Of a stretch of 64,000 bases of DNA, positions 42,412 to 62,865 are shown piece after piece. Within the stretch, counting starts at the first letter, position 1, and the number at the start of each line of letters is the position of its first letter. A program made the position numbers and the translations under genes. This stretch comes from the human T2T-CHM13v2.0 reference genome, Homo sapiens, in NCBI RefSeq assembly GCF_009914755.1, contig NC_060938.1, one strand, 5' to 3'. A model generated the notes under the pieces. It had not been told where the DNA came from, made no database searches, and saw nothing but the letters and a program-made list of their open reading frames with translations.

Positions 42412-43169
42412 TTAATATTTCATTACTAAGAATGCTGCAACTAGTCAGTTAAGTTGAAAAGGTAAATGAAATTGTTAGGTCCCACTGCTAAACAGGTTTC
42501 TTTCTCTCAAAATAGATGATGTCTTATCCAAATCCAAAAACAATGTATATTCACTGTAAAAAAGGATTCTCAATGACAAAAATATAAAGTAAAAAACAAC
42601 AACAAAACCCATAATGAGCAGCCAGAGATTATATCATTCCAGAGAGTATTCTTCTATAGGTCTAATGTATAAACCTCCCTTTCATACTCTCACACACTCA
42701 AGAATGGGATTATACTACCTATAGCTTTGTAAAAAGATGAATTCTGTTCTAAATTAAATGCCAGAATTCAAATAAATGACAAAAAAAAAAGGCTTATGTT
42801 TATCCTACTTAGGAGTACTAAAATTCTCATTATTCAAAGAATACTGAAACTTCAAATCACTGAGACTACAGCTTTCTGCCTGCATTTTAGCTGTAACAAG
42901 TCTTACAGACAAGGGAGTTCCCTCAGTTAAAAAGTACAAACAGAAATGCCACTCTGCAGTTCTCTTTTTAAAGTGTCCCTCCATTTTCTTCCTTCTTGTC
43001 ATTCACCAATATCTTTAAATAGTTAAGTTTTACAAAAATATTTTGTATAGGGTTTGTAATATGCAAAAGGTTTAGTCCAATACAAACAGTTCTGCCATTA
43101 CCAGAAACAGTACTGGAACCCTGCCCTGAGTAGCCAATAAAACATGCCATGGTCTAGTCTAGCCTTTCT

Positions 43170-44029
43170 CTTAAGCTCCATGTCCCTGTAATCAAGTGTC
43201 TTCTGAAGAGCCCTTCCTGAATGACCCACAAGCATCTCAAACTTCAGATATTTTAAAATAAGTTTATTAATCAGATTCCCCCCAATTCCTGCCAACCCAA
43301 TCCCTCCAGCTGCCTTAGCCATCACCAAACTTGAGCTGTTTAAAATTCCCATCCATGTGTGAATGGCAACTACTCTGGTTGCAAAAGAAAGAAACTTGCG
43401 ACACCTCCCCATTCCTCAAAAACACTAGTATATCTGTCCTCTCCCTTATATTTCCACTGCAACTACCGCTGTCCTAGATCAGGTACTTATCATCTCACTT
43501 CCAAACTTTGCTAATCCTTCCTAACTGGTCTCCTTGCCTACAGACTGACCTACAATCTATCCTCCATTCTGGGCCTGGTATGACCTTCTCAAGTATGTAA
43601 CTGTTCATGCTACTCTCTTATTCAAAGGCTTTCCAGTTTCTAGAATGTAATTAAAGCCTACTAACATGGCATACAAGTTACTGAACAGAATCTAGTCCTG
43701 TCTATCTCATATTTCCTGCTGTTCTGTCTCATCTACTCTACGCTGCAGCCAAATAAAAATATTTTCAAGGTTTCTCATACATTTGCAGGTGCTATTCACA
43801 CGGTGTGTTACCTTTCCCATTTGTCTACCTGTTCTTTTATCTTATACTATCTCTTCCATGAAGCATTCCCTGATTTCCCCAAGCAGAGTTAGGTGTTCTC
43901 TCTTTCATGCTCTAGGATCATAGCAGTAACACTGTTTTATAATAATACTTATTTTGTATGTTTGTCTTCCAGCTAAACCAGAAGTTATGTGAAGGTAGAA
44001 ATAATGTCTGCTCATGTTTCTACCTCCAA

Positions 44030-44030
<1 letters not shown>
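43170..44030 (+). mobile_element. L2 fragment
   Basis: C/T-rich L2 motifs (ctaactggtctccttgcc, gaagcattccctgatt). Confidence 0.65.
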
Positions 44031-44960
<930 letters not shown>

Positions 44961-46097
44961 CACATCATGACTAAAAAAGTCAGAGAAAACAAATTCTTTT
45001 TAAACTCATAGGTTTATTTTCCAGCATAAAAATATCAATAAATTTGATATTTTTCATTGGTGTGTAAGAATTAGGACTGTAGATATTATTTCATAATTCA
45101 TATGGTTAATTTTATTTACTTCAATTATATTTCTCAGTTACATTTTTCCCTTTCTTAGAAGGGGGGAGGGTGCTCTATGTTTGTGTGTATATATACATAT
45201 ACACGTATACACACACACACACACACGCTCAGGCTCATCAAATCCCTACAGAACTGGCCTATTCATCCACACATTAGTATCCTGACTAAATTCCACTGAT
45301 GAGGTTAGATTAACCACTAAAGTGAATAAGCATTACTCAATCATTCCTATCTAGATTTAGCAAGATATGTATCAATCGCAGACAACTTTATGGTGAAAGG
45401 CAAATCAGACAAAACAGATAAATCACTTTCAATAAACTTTCTGCACTCCTAACTCCATCTTAGCATCTGCTGTTGGAGAGTCTGACCTGTGACAAAGGTT
45501 GAACAATCAAAGGAATAAATGGAACCCCAGGAACCCAAATGCCACCTCTACTACTCTCTCTTTTCTCATCTTTTCCCTGCTGTGAGTAAACTCTAGTCTT
45601 TCTTATCACAGAATAACTTATTTTACCAAGTCAAGAAGTTTCACATTCTGAAATCAGCTCTAGTGCAAAAGATTCCAAGGAGGGGGCACAAACACTGTAG
45701 CTTATGCTGGGTAGCCACTCCTAAATAGTTACTCCTTCCAGGAAAGGAGGAACTGTGGTTTGGTAATAACAACCCCCTGAAAGTATGTATTTTAAAATCC
45801 ATTTTGATGTAGTACCACAGTTTGAAATATTATACCTTTATAACAGTACCTAATTTTTATCTAGACAATGGCTTAAAGAATCAGTATACAACCTCAATAC
45901 TAATTTTTAAAAGTTGTGGTATCACAGGGCTTTGCTATACGGTACTGAGATGACTACTTATATTACCTAAATTGTTGCAAAATATACTGAAAGATATCTT
46001 TATCTTCCCATTTAATAAGTATATTTGTGTTAACCCATTATTATGTTTCTGCAAAACTCTTAATCTATTAGACTAACACTAAAATATATAAATCTTA

Positions 46098-46304
<207 letters not shown>

Positions 46305-46365
46305 CTAGGGAAAAAAAGGAGAATCAAGATAATGATACTTTTTCCTTTGCCACAAACCACTAACG

Positions 46366-46966
46366 CAGTAATGTTTTTCACATCACATCATAGATTCTTG
46401 GAAACTGCAACTTTAAGCAAAACAATGACATAAAACAAAACTCATTTTGCCATAAGCTAATTGATATAAATAAGAGTTAAGTTCCTAAGGTATATTTCTA
46501 GTAAAAAAAAAAAAAAAAATCACCAAACTTCTAAATAGAGACCACAACACTTACAATATTAAACACTGAAATAAATGTGAGCTATATGTACACTTAAGAA
46601 AGATTAATAAAAATAAGTAAGACAATTAATTACCCAAATATTCTAATTCAGGGTCACTGGTGGCCAGTGTATCCCAGCAGCTCAGGGGCAAGACAGGAAC
46701 CCAGTCCTGGACAGGATGCCATTCCATTGTGGGGTGCAATCACATACACCCCAACACTCACCCGGACTGAGACCATTTAGACACACCAATTCACCTAATG
46801 TGTACAGTTTTGGGATATGGGAAGAAACTGTAGTACCTAGAGAAAACCCACATAGACATGGGGAGACCATGCAAACTCCACACAGACAGTGGCCCCTGCT
46901 GGGAATCTATTTTTTTTTTTTGCCATCAACATTATAGTTAAACAATGTTCTTAAAGATCTGCTGTA
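46366..46966. mobile_element. MER6/MER6A (TcMar-Tigger) element
   Basis: gattcttggaaactgcaactttaagc left end, internal V-SINE-like block (ggggagaccatgcaaactccacacagac), atctgctgta right end. Confidence 0.75.
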
Positions 46967-47251
46967 CATTTATTTATCGTATTATAAAATGTGAGATAAA
47001 AAACAACTTTTAAAAGTTAACCAATTCATTGTCGTAAAAAGCCTATTGTCTCCAAATTAATTTGCACACTGATATAGGAATGTTTGTGGTAGATAGGCAC
47101 TGACTTCAAGTAGAAGAAATAAAGATTAGTTGAAATTGTATTACTCAGAATGGTGATATTCCTTGCTTCCTGAAATAATTGAGCTCTTACAAAGGTCAAT
47201 ATAAATACGACTTTTCATAAGTTACACTTTTTTGTAACTCACATTATTGTG

Positions 47252-47385
47252 GTTTTTAAATTTTTTATTATTTTAGGGACAGGGTCTTGCTATGTTACCC
47301 AGGCTAGACTGAACTGGCCTCAAGTGGTTCTCCTGCCTCTGTCTCCTGAGTAGCTTGAACTACAGGCACACACCACCACACCCAG
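47252..47385 (-). mobile_element. FLAM/Alu monomer
   Basis: gacagggtcttgctatgttacccaggct...accacacccag. Confidence 0.75.
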
Positions 47386-47829
47386 TCATCATTGTCTTTT
47401 TGAGAACTATTTCTTTTAAAATAGATTTTGATTTTAAAATAAAAATTAAATTTGCCTCCAGAAACTAATAAAAATCATATGTAATAAGGTACCTCACCTT
47501 TTCTAAGCATACAAAGAAAAAAATTAAGGCTTGCATATTTCATTTTATGTATAATCAAGTTCTATAGTTTAACAATAAGGCAAAATTTAAAAGAAAAATC
47601 TCATTGTTATTCTTTTCTTCCAGTATTTTCTGGGATCTTAAAAAAAATATTTTCCTTATCACAAATACACATTTTCATAGAAAAAAAATTTACACAATCC
47701 AGACAGGGAAAAATAAAACAGCAAAAATACGCTTAATCTCATCACCCAAAGTCTTTTCCTTGTGTGTGTTTGTGTTTATGGGTTAATATTTTTACTTTAC
47801 TTTTTAGGTGCAAATAGAATTAAATTGCT

Positions 47830-48125
<296 letters not shown>

Positions 48126-49137
48126 GAATTAAATTGCTTTTACTTTTTATTTTTTTATGATACTACCTGTTAATATCAACCTTAAAAATCACAAACCCTT
48201 TATCTAAAATCTGCCACTTTCTATTATAGAGTTATCAGTAGATGTATTAAATAATAATCACGTGGTCAAATGAACTTATCTTATCGGAATGAAATCAGCA
48301 AAAAAGTCAGCTCCCAAGATGATGATGGAAAGTTAAGGTGCAATATCAACAGAATATTTATTGTTGTTTGTTAAACCTTTTATTTGCTATTATTAATTCC
48401 TTAGTAAACTACTTTGTTATTTTCTTTAATCAACTCATTCCTAAATTATCACTCTCATATTCTAGCAGCTTAATGGTCAAATGGCAAGATTTTGATCATC
48501 ACTGCCTGCTTTAAGAATATTTATTTTACAGTTGTAGCAACAGCTCAGCCTTCCTTAAAAAGATTCACAATAAAATTTAAAACATTAAAATAGTTAAAAT
48601 GATCCCAAAGAAATTCTAAGATACAGAAAAATTAGTATGTACTTCCCACTCAATTTTGCTGTCAATCTAAAACACTGAAAAATAAAATTTAATAATCTTA
48701 AAAAATTAATATCATCCAGAGCTAAAATATTACACAAGTTGTCAGACTACAACCTAGCAGCTTGAATTTACTATAGACCAGAGACCTATGTCCTTGCAGG
48801 TTCCAAAATATGATTTTGCCAACATGCTAAATATGAATTGTGAGGAAAGACTGTTATTAGCCATAGCTAAAAACTGATGTATAAAACCAGAGTGATAATT
48901 TATCAATTTACAATGAGAACTAACTGTCAAAGAAATCAGAATATTCAAGTTCATAAATCAGCAGTTAATTCGTCTATGAAGAAGCAACAAAAGACCTGGA
49001 ATAATCTTGACAAGGAGAACAAAGCAGGAGGTACCCACATGTCTTGATTTCAAAATACATTACTAAACAGTAATCAAAACAGTATGGTACCAGCATAAAA
49101 AACAGACATATAGAGCAATGGAACAGACAGCCAGAAA

Positions 49138-49162
49138 TACACATACACAGACACACAGACAG

Positions 49163-49191
<29 letters not shown>
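49138..49191. repeat. Compound (CA)n/(CAGA) microsatellite
   Basis: Visible CA runs. Confidence 0.9.
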
Positions 49192-49196
<5 letters not shown>

Positions 49197-49223
49197 ATCC
49201 AGCCTTTAAAAAGCAGAAAATCT

Positions 49224-49825
<602 letters not shown>

Positions 49826-50770
49826 GAGGGAAATCCCACATTTGCAACAACATGGATTAATCCAGCAGACATTATTCTAAGTGAAATAAACTAGACACAG
49901 AAAGACAACTTACTGTATAATCTCACTTAAATTTGCAATATAAAAAATCAAACTTATAAAAACAGAGTAGAATGGTAGTGACTAAGGGCTGAGCAGCAGG
50001 CAAAATGGGAGATGCTGATCAAAATGTACAAAGGTTCAGTTATGTGGGATGAACAGGTTCTGGATATCTAGCATGGTGACTATAGTTAATAATCCCATAT
50101 TTTACACTTGAAATTTGCTAGAAGATTTTATCATAAGTGTTCTTACCATATGCAAGCAAATGAAATTTTATCTATGTAAGGCCATGATTATGTTAACCAG
50201 ATTGATTGTAGTAATCATCCGCAATGTACAGGTATATCAAAACATCACAATGTACACCTTAAATATATAGAATTTTTATTTGTCGGGTATACCTCAATAA
50301 AGTTGGGAAAACCCCATAAAATTAGAAGTGTTTGATACCAACATACATCCACTAAAGTAATTTCTAAATGACGAACTTCAAGCAGAGGAAAGTGATTCTA
50401 AATAGAAGATCTGAAAGGGAAGAAATCATGATAAAATAAAGTGGCAAATATATAACAAATACACACCAACACAAAAAATAGAACTAAATTACTTGATAGT
50501 AATATATATGTTGGGGGGAAAATCAGACTAGTAGGGTTCTAAGGTCCTTGTATTGATTAGGAAGAGGGTAAAAAAATAACTTTAGAACTTGAAAAGTGAA
50601 GTATACATGTTAAAACTTATACGATAACCACTAAAGGAAAAGGAATGGGGGCTGGGGGGAAAAGATAGAAAAAGACAGAAAGAAAAGACTAATAAAACTG
50701 ACAAATCTCTGGCAAGAATCATCATTAAAAAAAAGAAAAAAAGAAAGAGAGAAAAACAAACAAGGGATAG

Positions 50771-50910
50771 GGCCAGGCACAGTGGCTCATGTCTATAATC
50801 CCAGCACTTTGGGAGGCCCAAGGCAGGAGGATTGCTTGAGGCCAGGAGTTCAAGACCAGCCTGGACAACAGAGCAAGACCCCACTCTACAAAAAAAATTT
50901 AAAAATCACC
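50771..50910 (+). mobile_element. FLAM/Alu left monomer
   Basis: Monomer consensus. Confidence 0.8.
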
Positions 50911-52117
50911 AGGCAATTAAATACTGCATTTATGGGAATGAAAAGGAGAAACATGACTATAAATGCTTCAGAGGTTAAAAGGATTATAAGAGGATGTGAT
51001 AAGCTTTGTCAACAAATTTGAAAACAAACACAAGAAGAAATGCCTAGAAAAATAAACTTATTTAAACTGACTCAACAACTGGAAAGCCTGAATAGTTCTA
51101 CAAGCTTTAAAATTCCCCATGAGTATTCCAACATAATTTGTCAAATGTCTTTCCTTTCCCAATTGTTACATATTCTGTAAACACAAACCTTAAATCTGGC
51201 TGGAACCACTGCCAACACTGGACAAAAATGAAAATGAGTTTGTTTCTTTAACTTAGGCTGACAAGGCTAATGCTGTCTCATGCTTTGTTTTACACATCAA
51301 TAAGTATGTGTGGAGATCAAGATTATTTGCTTTGCCTAGAGAGCTCCCTGGAATGTGAATGCAGTGTGGCACTGAATAAAGAGCACTGACATGGGAACCA
51401 GGATGTGGGCATTTTATTTGAAGATCTACCACTTACTTGCTGAGACACCTGAATGATCCCCCTCAGCTGCAAAACTCAATGTTGTTTACCTGTAAAAGTT
51501 AAGTGCCTTTGCCATCAAGAGCAAATAGTAGTTTTCATAAGGTTTCTCTTCCACAAAATTTCTACATATTTGAGAACATGCACTTAGGGATTTCCAGCTG
51601 TTTCATGTGAAATAGCTTTTTGTTCTTTTATTTTCCCTTTTTTTTTTCTATACTTTCCTTAAGAAATATCTGTCTTAATCAACTTTGACTTCAGAATGCC
51701 TTAGAGGACAAAACTAAGCCTTGAGGGTAAAAGCAATAAAAACCTCCCTTCTTATATCATAAACCATTTACTGATGATAGAGTGGAAGATAAAATAATTT
51801 TACCATAGTTTATTAATCAAATGATAGAAGAGTTTCAATCTATAATGAGTAATTTAAAAAATTATTCTAGTAACAGGAGTATAAGGGGAAAATAATTATT
51901 ACGCTAAAAGTATCACAAACTAAAATATATAAAGAATAGAAAATACTAGAGGATTAGATGTAAATTATATAAACTAAGTATAAACTTAGTTTAATAATTA
52001 CTTAGTTTAAAATTCTTAAACTAAGAATTACTACTAAGAATTACTTAAATTAGTTTAAAAATCTACATGAAGAATATATTTTAAATAGCTAATAATCAGT
52101 AATTTCTCTCTCTCACT

Positions 52118-52253
52118 CTTTTTTTTTTTTTTTTTAAGAGATGCGGTCTCTCCATGTTGTCCAAAGTGGCCTCAAACTCCTGGGCTCAAGCGATTCTCCC
52201 ACCTCAGCCTCCTGAACAACTACAACTAAAGGTACACACCACTGTTCCCAGCT
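52118..52253 (-). mobile_element. FLAM/Alu monomer
   Basis: T tail plus monomer, ~70 nt into intron 10. Confidence 0.75.
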
Positions 52254-52276
52254 AAAAATCAGTATGTTTAATATTA

Positions 52277-52564
<288 letters not shown>

Positions 52565-54209
52565 CTAAAATACAAAAAAAAAAAAAAAAGAGAGAAACAA
52601 TATCATAATCATTTAACTATGTATTTTGTCTTTTAATAGGTAATACTGACAAAATCCAAAACATTTCCCAAGTAATTTATACCACTGCTTAAACTCCGGG
52701 CATAGAGTTTCATTTAAAAGCCATTCTAAATAATTAAGTGGCAATGCAAGTAACTCAACATCTAAGTGACAGATACTCCAAAATGTGTGGTAATTAATCA
52801 TCTACCCACCTATAGTTATATATTCTTCTCAGTAAGTTTGCAGTTCAAACAAGTTATTAATCAAAGCTGGGTGGATGAATAATGGAATTAGAGACAGCTC
52901 AGACCTTCAAGAATAAGTAAATAACTTAACATCAGAATGTTTACCTAATAAAAACTTAATGTTTAAAATTATCTCTATTTTACTGTGGACAAAAATTTAG
53001 ACAAGTAAAAGTTTCCTAAACAAAACAAAAAACAAAGGAACAAAATTTATGACAGAAGTAGGAACAAAACTAACAGAAAATATTAGAAAACTTGAGAGAA
53101 AATTCTATAATTCTAATAATGGAATTTTCACCAAGTCTGAAGATCAAGCCTAACCAGATAGGGAAAAATTAAGTCTTAAGGTGGTGATAAGCAAATTACT
53201 ATATGGTAAAAGTAGCACTATTCTGTGGTATAAATTACTTTCTGTTAAGTTATTCAATTTTTGGCCTCAGTTTTGTCATCCATAAAATAACAGAGCTTAA
53301 ATAAATGACCTCAAATATACCTTTCCAACCAAAAACATTTATGATTTTCATCCATTACATTCTAGGATCAGAAAGCAGATAGTTCTGCTTGAGAATTTTC
53401 GCACTTAATAGTTCTTAATACAGAAGTTAGAGCAAAGTTTTGGAGGAAGACACACAATACAGTTTGCTAAAGATAAATAAACTAAGAGGAATAAAAGTCA
53501 AATTTTCTGAATTCTGATGAACTAAACACACGTTATACCTTTATCCTACTTATAAAAGATTTAAGGTGTTATAGAAAAAACACACATAGTTTAAGATTTT
53601 AAAAACTAAGAAAATCTGAGGAGAGGAAAATAAAAGTAGTAAAAATACTGTAATATAGACATGTTTAGAAAAATGTACGAGGGAAAATAGAAGATAAAAA
53701 AGAAGTATGAGGGAAAAAAGTAAACTGTTAAATCCAAAACAACAGTTTGAAATATTAGTTCCTCTACTGTATTGCTTTGTAATTTTATATCACATTTCTA
53801 GACTTGGCGTCTTTGTTGAAAAAGGGGGGAAGGGGGTGTGAACAGGTCTTTTAATCTGCATTTTGTGAATGCCCCCAAATTAAAAAGGGCCATCAAGGTT
53901 CTACCATTTGATCACAGTTCTTTTCACTTGTAAGATTTATCTGTACAATAAAGAATATTTTTAGTATTGTATAATTAAAATACAGAAATAAGAAGCTGAG
54001 ACTGACATACTAATGAAATTATCTTCTATACTTCCCGTTTCATTTCTTTATTAAGAAACTTATTAATTCTATAATTAAAATTTGCATTTACAAAATATAT
54101 TTATACAAATAAAATAGCACTATTATTTAAGTGTACGCTCCACCTAAGGCAACTGAACTCAATGGACTAAATCTCAAAAGCCATTTCTAACTTTAACAGG
54201 CCTGCCTCA

Positions 54210-54491
<282 letters not shown>

Positions 54492-54962
54492 CTACATTTT
54501 TAAATACTTGAGAAAATATTGTTATGCTACTCTGGTTTCAGAAGTAGCTTTAGCACAGAAATGACATTTCAAAATTTGCCAGATGTTTGCATGGAACTCA
54601 GAAGAGTGAACCATATATACCAGGATGATATGTGGAAACATGTATTTTTACAAAATATCAAAAAGTTCAGTGAACCTACCTAAGTACAAAGAAGCTTCCA
54701 GAACCATTTAAAATAAATAAGAGCTCACACTTCAATTAACCTACCACTGAAACACATAGTTTGAAGTCATACAAAATATGAGGTTTTACCTGAGCCTGTT
54801 AGTTGCCTAAACTTGGTATTAGGAACATCTTTCTGGGAAAGAGACAATTTACCTACGGACTACCAATACCTTCTATATATGGCAGAGATATGCTTCTAAC
54901 CCAGGATTTGTACACAAGGCTCTAGGCTCAAGGTTCCAAGAGATATGTTGGCACAATAATTA

Positions 54963-55006
54963 TTAAAAGTAATTGCAAAAACTGCCATTACTTTTGCACC
55001 AATCTA
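54963..55006. mobile_element. Half MADE1 (mariner-derived MITE)
   Basis: aaaagtaattgcaaaaactgccattacttttgcaccaatcta matches one MADE1 arm and TIR. Confidence 0.7.
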
Positions 55007-55153
55007 TATAAATACTGGATGAAACATGGCTATGTAATTATTCACACAGAATTTGAATAAGACTAACACTTGATTGAACCCCCATATGGGGGGACCTTAA
55101 AAAGAAAATTTATAATATAGTCTAAGGATCATGCCAAACAAGAATTCAGTTTA

Positions 55154-55576
<423 letters not shown>

Positions 55577-55758
55577 TCATCCTCATTGAAAATTTCCTAT
55601 TAATATAAATTTGCTTTCAGTATGAATCTAGGTATCATATCTATACCAACCAATACAAGTATTAAATATGATCAGTTTCCTGCAGTAACAAATGCCAACT
55701 TTACAGTAAGAGATTATTTTACTCTTAAGTGTGATCTTTCAGAAAATTTCAAACATTA

Positions 55759-55902
<144 letters not shown>

Positions 55903-56179
55903 CTAAAAATAAATTATATAATTAGAATCATTCCAGAAGAAAGAATCTCTTAAATGCAAGTATTAGCAATTATAAACAAGCTTGTAAAAGGTTGCAATAC
56001 ACTGAACTGTTAACACTAAAGATCATGATACATAGCATAAGGACAAATCTTTTAAATTGGTCTAATGTCAAACAAGTACATTATGTATATGTTTAAAAAA
56101 CCTTAGAAGTATGCTTCAAAAGACTATGAAAATTACACAAAAGTGGCCCTACTAATGACAAAAATATTAAAGTTCTTTC

Positions 56180-59275
<3,096 letters not shown>

Positions 59276-59329
59276 TCTTTAAAATCTATATGAAGTACAA
59301 AAGTATTTTTAAAGAAAAATTAGTAATAA

Positions 59330-59570
59330 CAATGATGATCATAACACCTGCCCACTACAGAACACTTATGGCATGCTATGCATTATTTTATTCTAAGCAC
59401 TGTGCACTATTTAGGCCTCATACACCAAAATGGTATTATTTTTATCTCTATTTCACAAATAAGGACACAGAAACACTAAGTGGTTATTAAGTAATTTGCC
59501 AATAGCCACACTATTAGTAAAATGTGGAATCAGGGTTCAAACTCTGGCAATCTAGTTTAGGGTCCAAATT
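59330..59570 (-). mobile_element. MIR
   Basis: ctatttcacaaataaggacacag...taagtaatttgcc...gggttcaaactc. Confidence 0.7.
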
Positions 59571-60067
59571 AACTTTATAATGTTTGTTTCTGAGGTATGA
59601 GGAATTTTTGTGTTTGGAGCCATTATAAGAAATGTGTGAATAAAAGCGTTTTCATCAGTCAATCAGGGTATGCACATTTTATATCTAAAGGTGAATAGGT
59701 TACCTTGCAAAATACATGCACCTAGAAATTCAAAAGGTACAAACAGGTTTAAGTGTAAATTACATTTCTCCTAATCATTATCCTGCAGCCTACCTCCCTA
59801 GTTGTTACATATTGGCAGATTGATTCCTAAATCAAACAATTTTCAGCTTTTCATTTGAAGTATCACAACTGCTGATCACAAATGAAAGGATTAGAAAATA
59901 AGCACAACTGTCTCACATAAGAAGGTATACGCAAAGAGTCTACAAAATTGTCCCTCTCTAGATTCCTAAGAGTGTCATCATCCCTCCAGTGATTTGAGAA
60001 AGAGATATTAACATATTTTCAATAGCAAAAATTTGTCACTTCTTCTTCGAGAAAATAAGCAACTATA

Positions 60068-60203
60068 TGCATCTACTATGTGACAGACCTGGAGCAGTTC
60101 CTGTCTGCTGCTAAGGTTTCCACTACAGATGCAAGAAAAACATGTCCTTGTACTTTCTGTCTTTTTTATTGTGGCAGCCAAGGATGAATAGAGGGATACA
60201 GGG
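60068..60203 (+). ncRNA. H/ACA snoRNA copy, SNORA31 (ACA31)-family-like, probably retroposed, antisense to RALGAPA1
   Basis: 5' hairpin closed by TGCATCT (60068-74)/AGATGCA (60127-33), box H AGAAAA at 60134, second hairpin, ACA at 60198-60200 followed by 3 nt and an A run; resembles recalled SNORA31 sequence. Confidence 0.75.
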
Positions 60204-60484
60204 AAAAAACACGAAGAGGGAATTTTTTTAACTAAGGGATACCCTTCTAAAGAGTGAAGAGTCTATTTTTACTCCAAAGAAGAATCTAAAACTTGAGTTT
60301 ACATGAGAAGTGTAGGAAATATCCCCTACCACCATCACTTGGTTGATTACACTTGTAAAAGCTTAAAAGCTAAAGCTAATTAAAAGCAAGCCATTGACCC
60401 TTCCCCTCCAACCTCCCTGACAAAAAGAAAATAAGCAAATATCTACTATGACAGAATAATGGTAAGAGACAGAAAAGGGAATCA

Positions 60485-60721
<237 letters not shown>

Positions 60722-60810
60722 TTAACTGCAAAATGAGTATGCAATGAAAATTGCTTGAAAACTTTCTAATGACTGATCCTTGAAATAAATCTTAAGATCA
60801 TCCCTGATAG

Positions 60811-61159
<349 letters not shown>

Positions 61160-61706
61160 ACAAATTTTAACAATCAGCTGTTCTGTGAACCCTTGATTGA
61201 GAGAATGTGACAAAGGGATGGACAGACAAATAACACAGTGATTACAAGTATGTAACATCTCAGTTGAGAAAGAACTTCTGGTAATTTCAAATTCACATGA
61301 AAACTGCCCATTACAAAAATTCCATAAGATGACAAACATTAGTAATAATGCACTTATTTATCAAAGTACCAATCTGTTAACACTTACAAAATAAGAAAGT
61401 TCTATATTGTTTACTTTTCAGATGTTCAGAAAAATTCATTATAACAAATGCAAATGCAAGAAAGTCAACCCACAACTAGCTGAATTCTCTTAAATATTTC
61501 CTAAGCTGAACAATTAGTACCTGGTAAACATATGTAGGTCCCTAAACCTGACTCCCAATAAATATCAACCAACAAGCTCACAACAGAGGTAGATTTCAGT
61601 TTTTAAATAATACATGGTATGTTATTCTGCCACTCATTTTAAAAATTATTCTTTAAATTATTCTAAAAAGTATTTTAAAAATTATTCTTTAAAAATACAA
61701 ACTTTA

Positions 61707-62006
61707 GGCTGGGCGCAGTGGCTCACGCCTATAATCCCAACACTTTGGGAGGCCGAGGCGAGTGGATCATCTGAGGTCAGGAGTTTGAGATCAGCCTTGG
61801 CCAACATGGTAAAACCCCATCTCTACTAAAAATACAAAAAATTTAGCCTGGCGTGGTGGCACACGCCTGTAATCTCAGCTACTTTGGAGCACGAGAATCG
61901 CTTGAACTGGGTGGTGGAGGTTGCAGTGAGCCGAGATCGCACCACTGCACTCCAGCCTGGGCGACAGAGCAAGACTCTGTCTCAAAAAAAAAAAAAAAAA
62001 AAAAAA
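61707..62006 (+). mobile_element. Alu (AluS)
   Basis: TSD aaaatacaaacttta. Confidence 0.9.
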
Positions 62007-62332
62007 CAAACCGAAAAGAAAAGAAGTAAGAAAATACAAACTTTATCATCTGTACTCTGGACTTCCTGGACCACTGTCATCATACAGAAGAACACACTTT
62101 ATGAAAGCTTTATTTTGTGAAGCTATAAAAACCCCCTTAAAATCCACTGTTCCCATAAAGACGTCTTAGTCTCTGCCGGGGAGTATACAGAGACTCCATA
62201 TTTTCCACATCTTACAGACTAAAAAGCAAAACTTCTATTCTTAAAAAGAGAAGGGGCAGAAGTCAGTCACAAATATATTTAAAATAAATAATAATTATTT
62301 TTAAAGTCATCCACAAAAACACTGATAAAAGA

Positions 62333-62865
62333 GTTGGTGTGGTGGTGTGCATCTGCAGTCCCAGCTACTTGGGAAGGCTGAGGCTGGAGGATTGTTTGAG
62401 CCCAAGAGTTCAAGGCTACAGTGCATTATGATCGCACCTGTGAATAGCCACTGCACTCTAATCTGGGCAACATAGCTTTGAGACCTTATCTCTTAAAAAA
62501 GAGTGATGAAAGAAAACCTCTCTATAATGAGAGGCAGAGAAAAAAAATGCTTATAGAACATCTGTTAAGTAGACCAGACATAGTGGCTGACACCTGTGAT
62601 CCCAACATTTTGGGAGGTTAAGGTGGGAGGACTGCTTGACTTTAGGAGTTTAAGACCAGCCAGGCAACATAGCAAGACCCCATCTCTACAAAAAATTTTA
62701 AAATTAGCCAGGTGTGGTGAGTGGCATGTGCCTGTAGTCCCAGCTACTGACTTGAGCCCAAGAGTTTGAGGTCACAGTGAGCTGATCATGGGACTGCGCT
62801 ACAGCATAGGCAACAAAGCAGGACCCTGTCTCACTCAAAAACAAAACGCAACAAAACAAAAAACT
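62333..62865 (+). mobile_element. Alu right monomer (62333-62500) and AluJ-like dimer (62573-62865)
   Basis: Alu consensus matches. Confidence 0.8.

Noticed and set aside
46630-46900. V-SINE-like block as an independent SINE or ncRNA
   Set aside because: It is a known internal part of MER6
54790-54832. 43-nt cryptic exon in intron 8 (ttcccAG|...CAG|GTaaaa)
   Set aside because: Short pyrimidine tract, frameshifting and no other support; expected by chance
54963-55006. miR-548-like hairpin from MADE1
   Set aside because: Only one arm/TIR is present, so the full hairpin cannot form
55079-55092. 14-bp palindrome CCCCCATATGGGGG as a CArG box
   Set aside because: Only four A/T bases between CC and GG; not an SRF consensus
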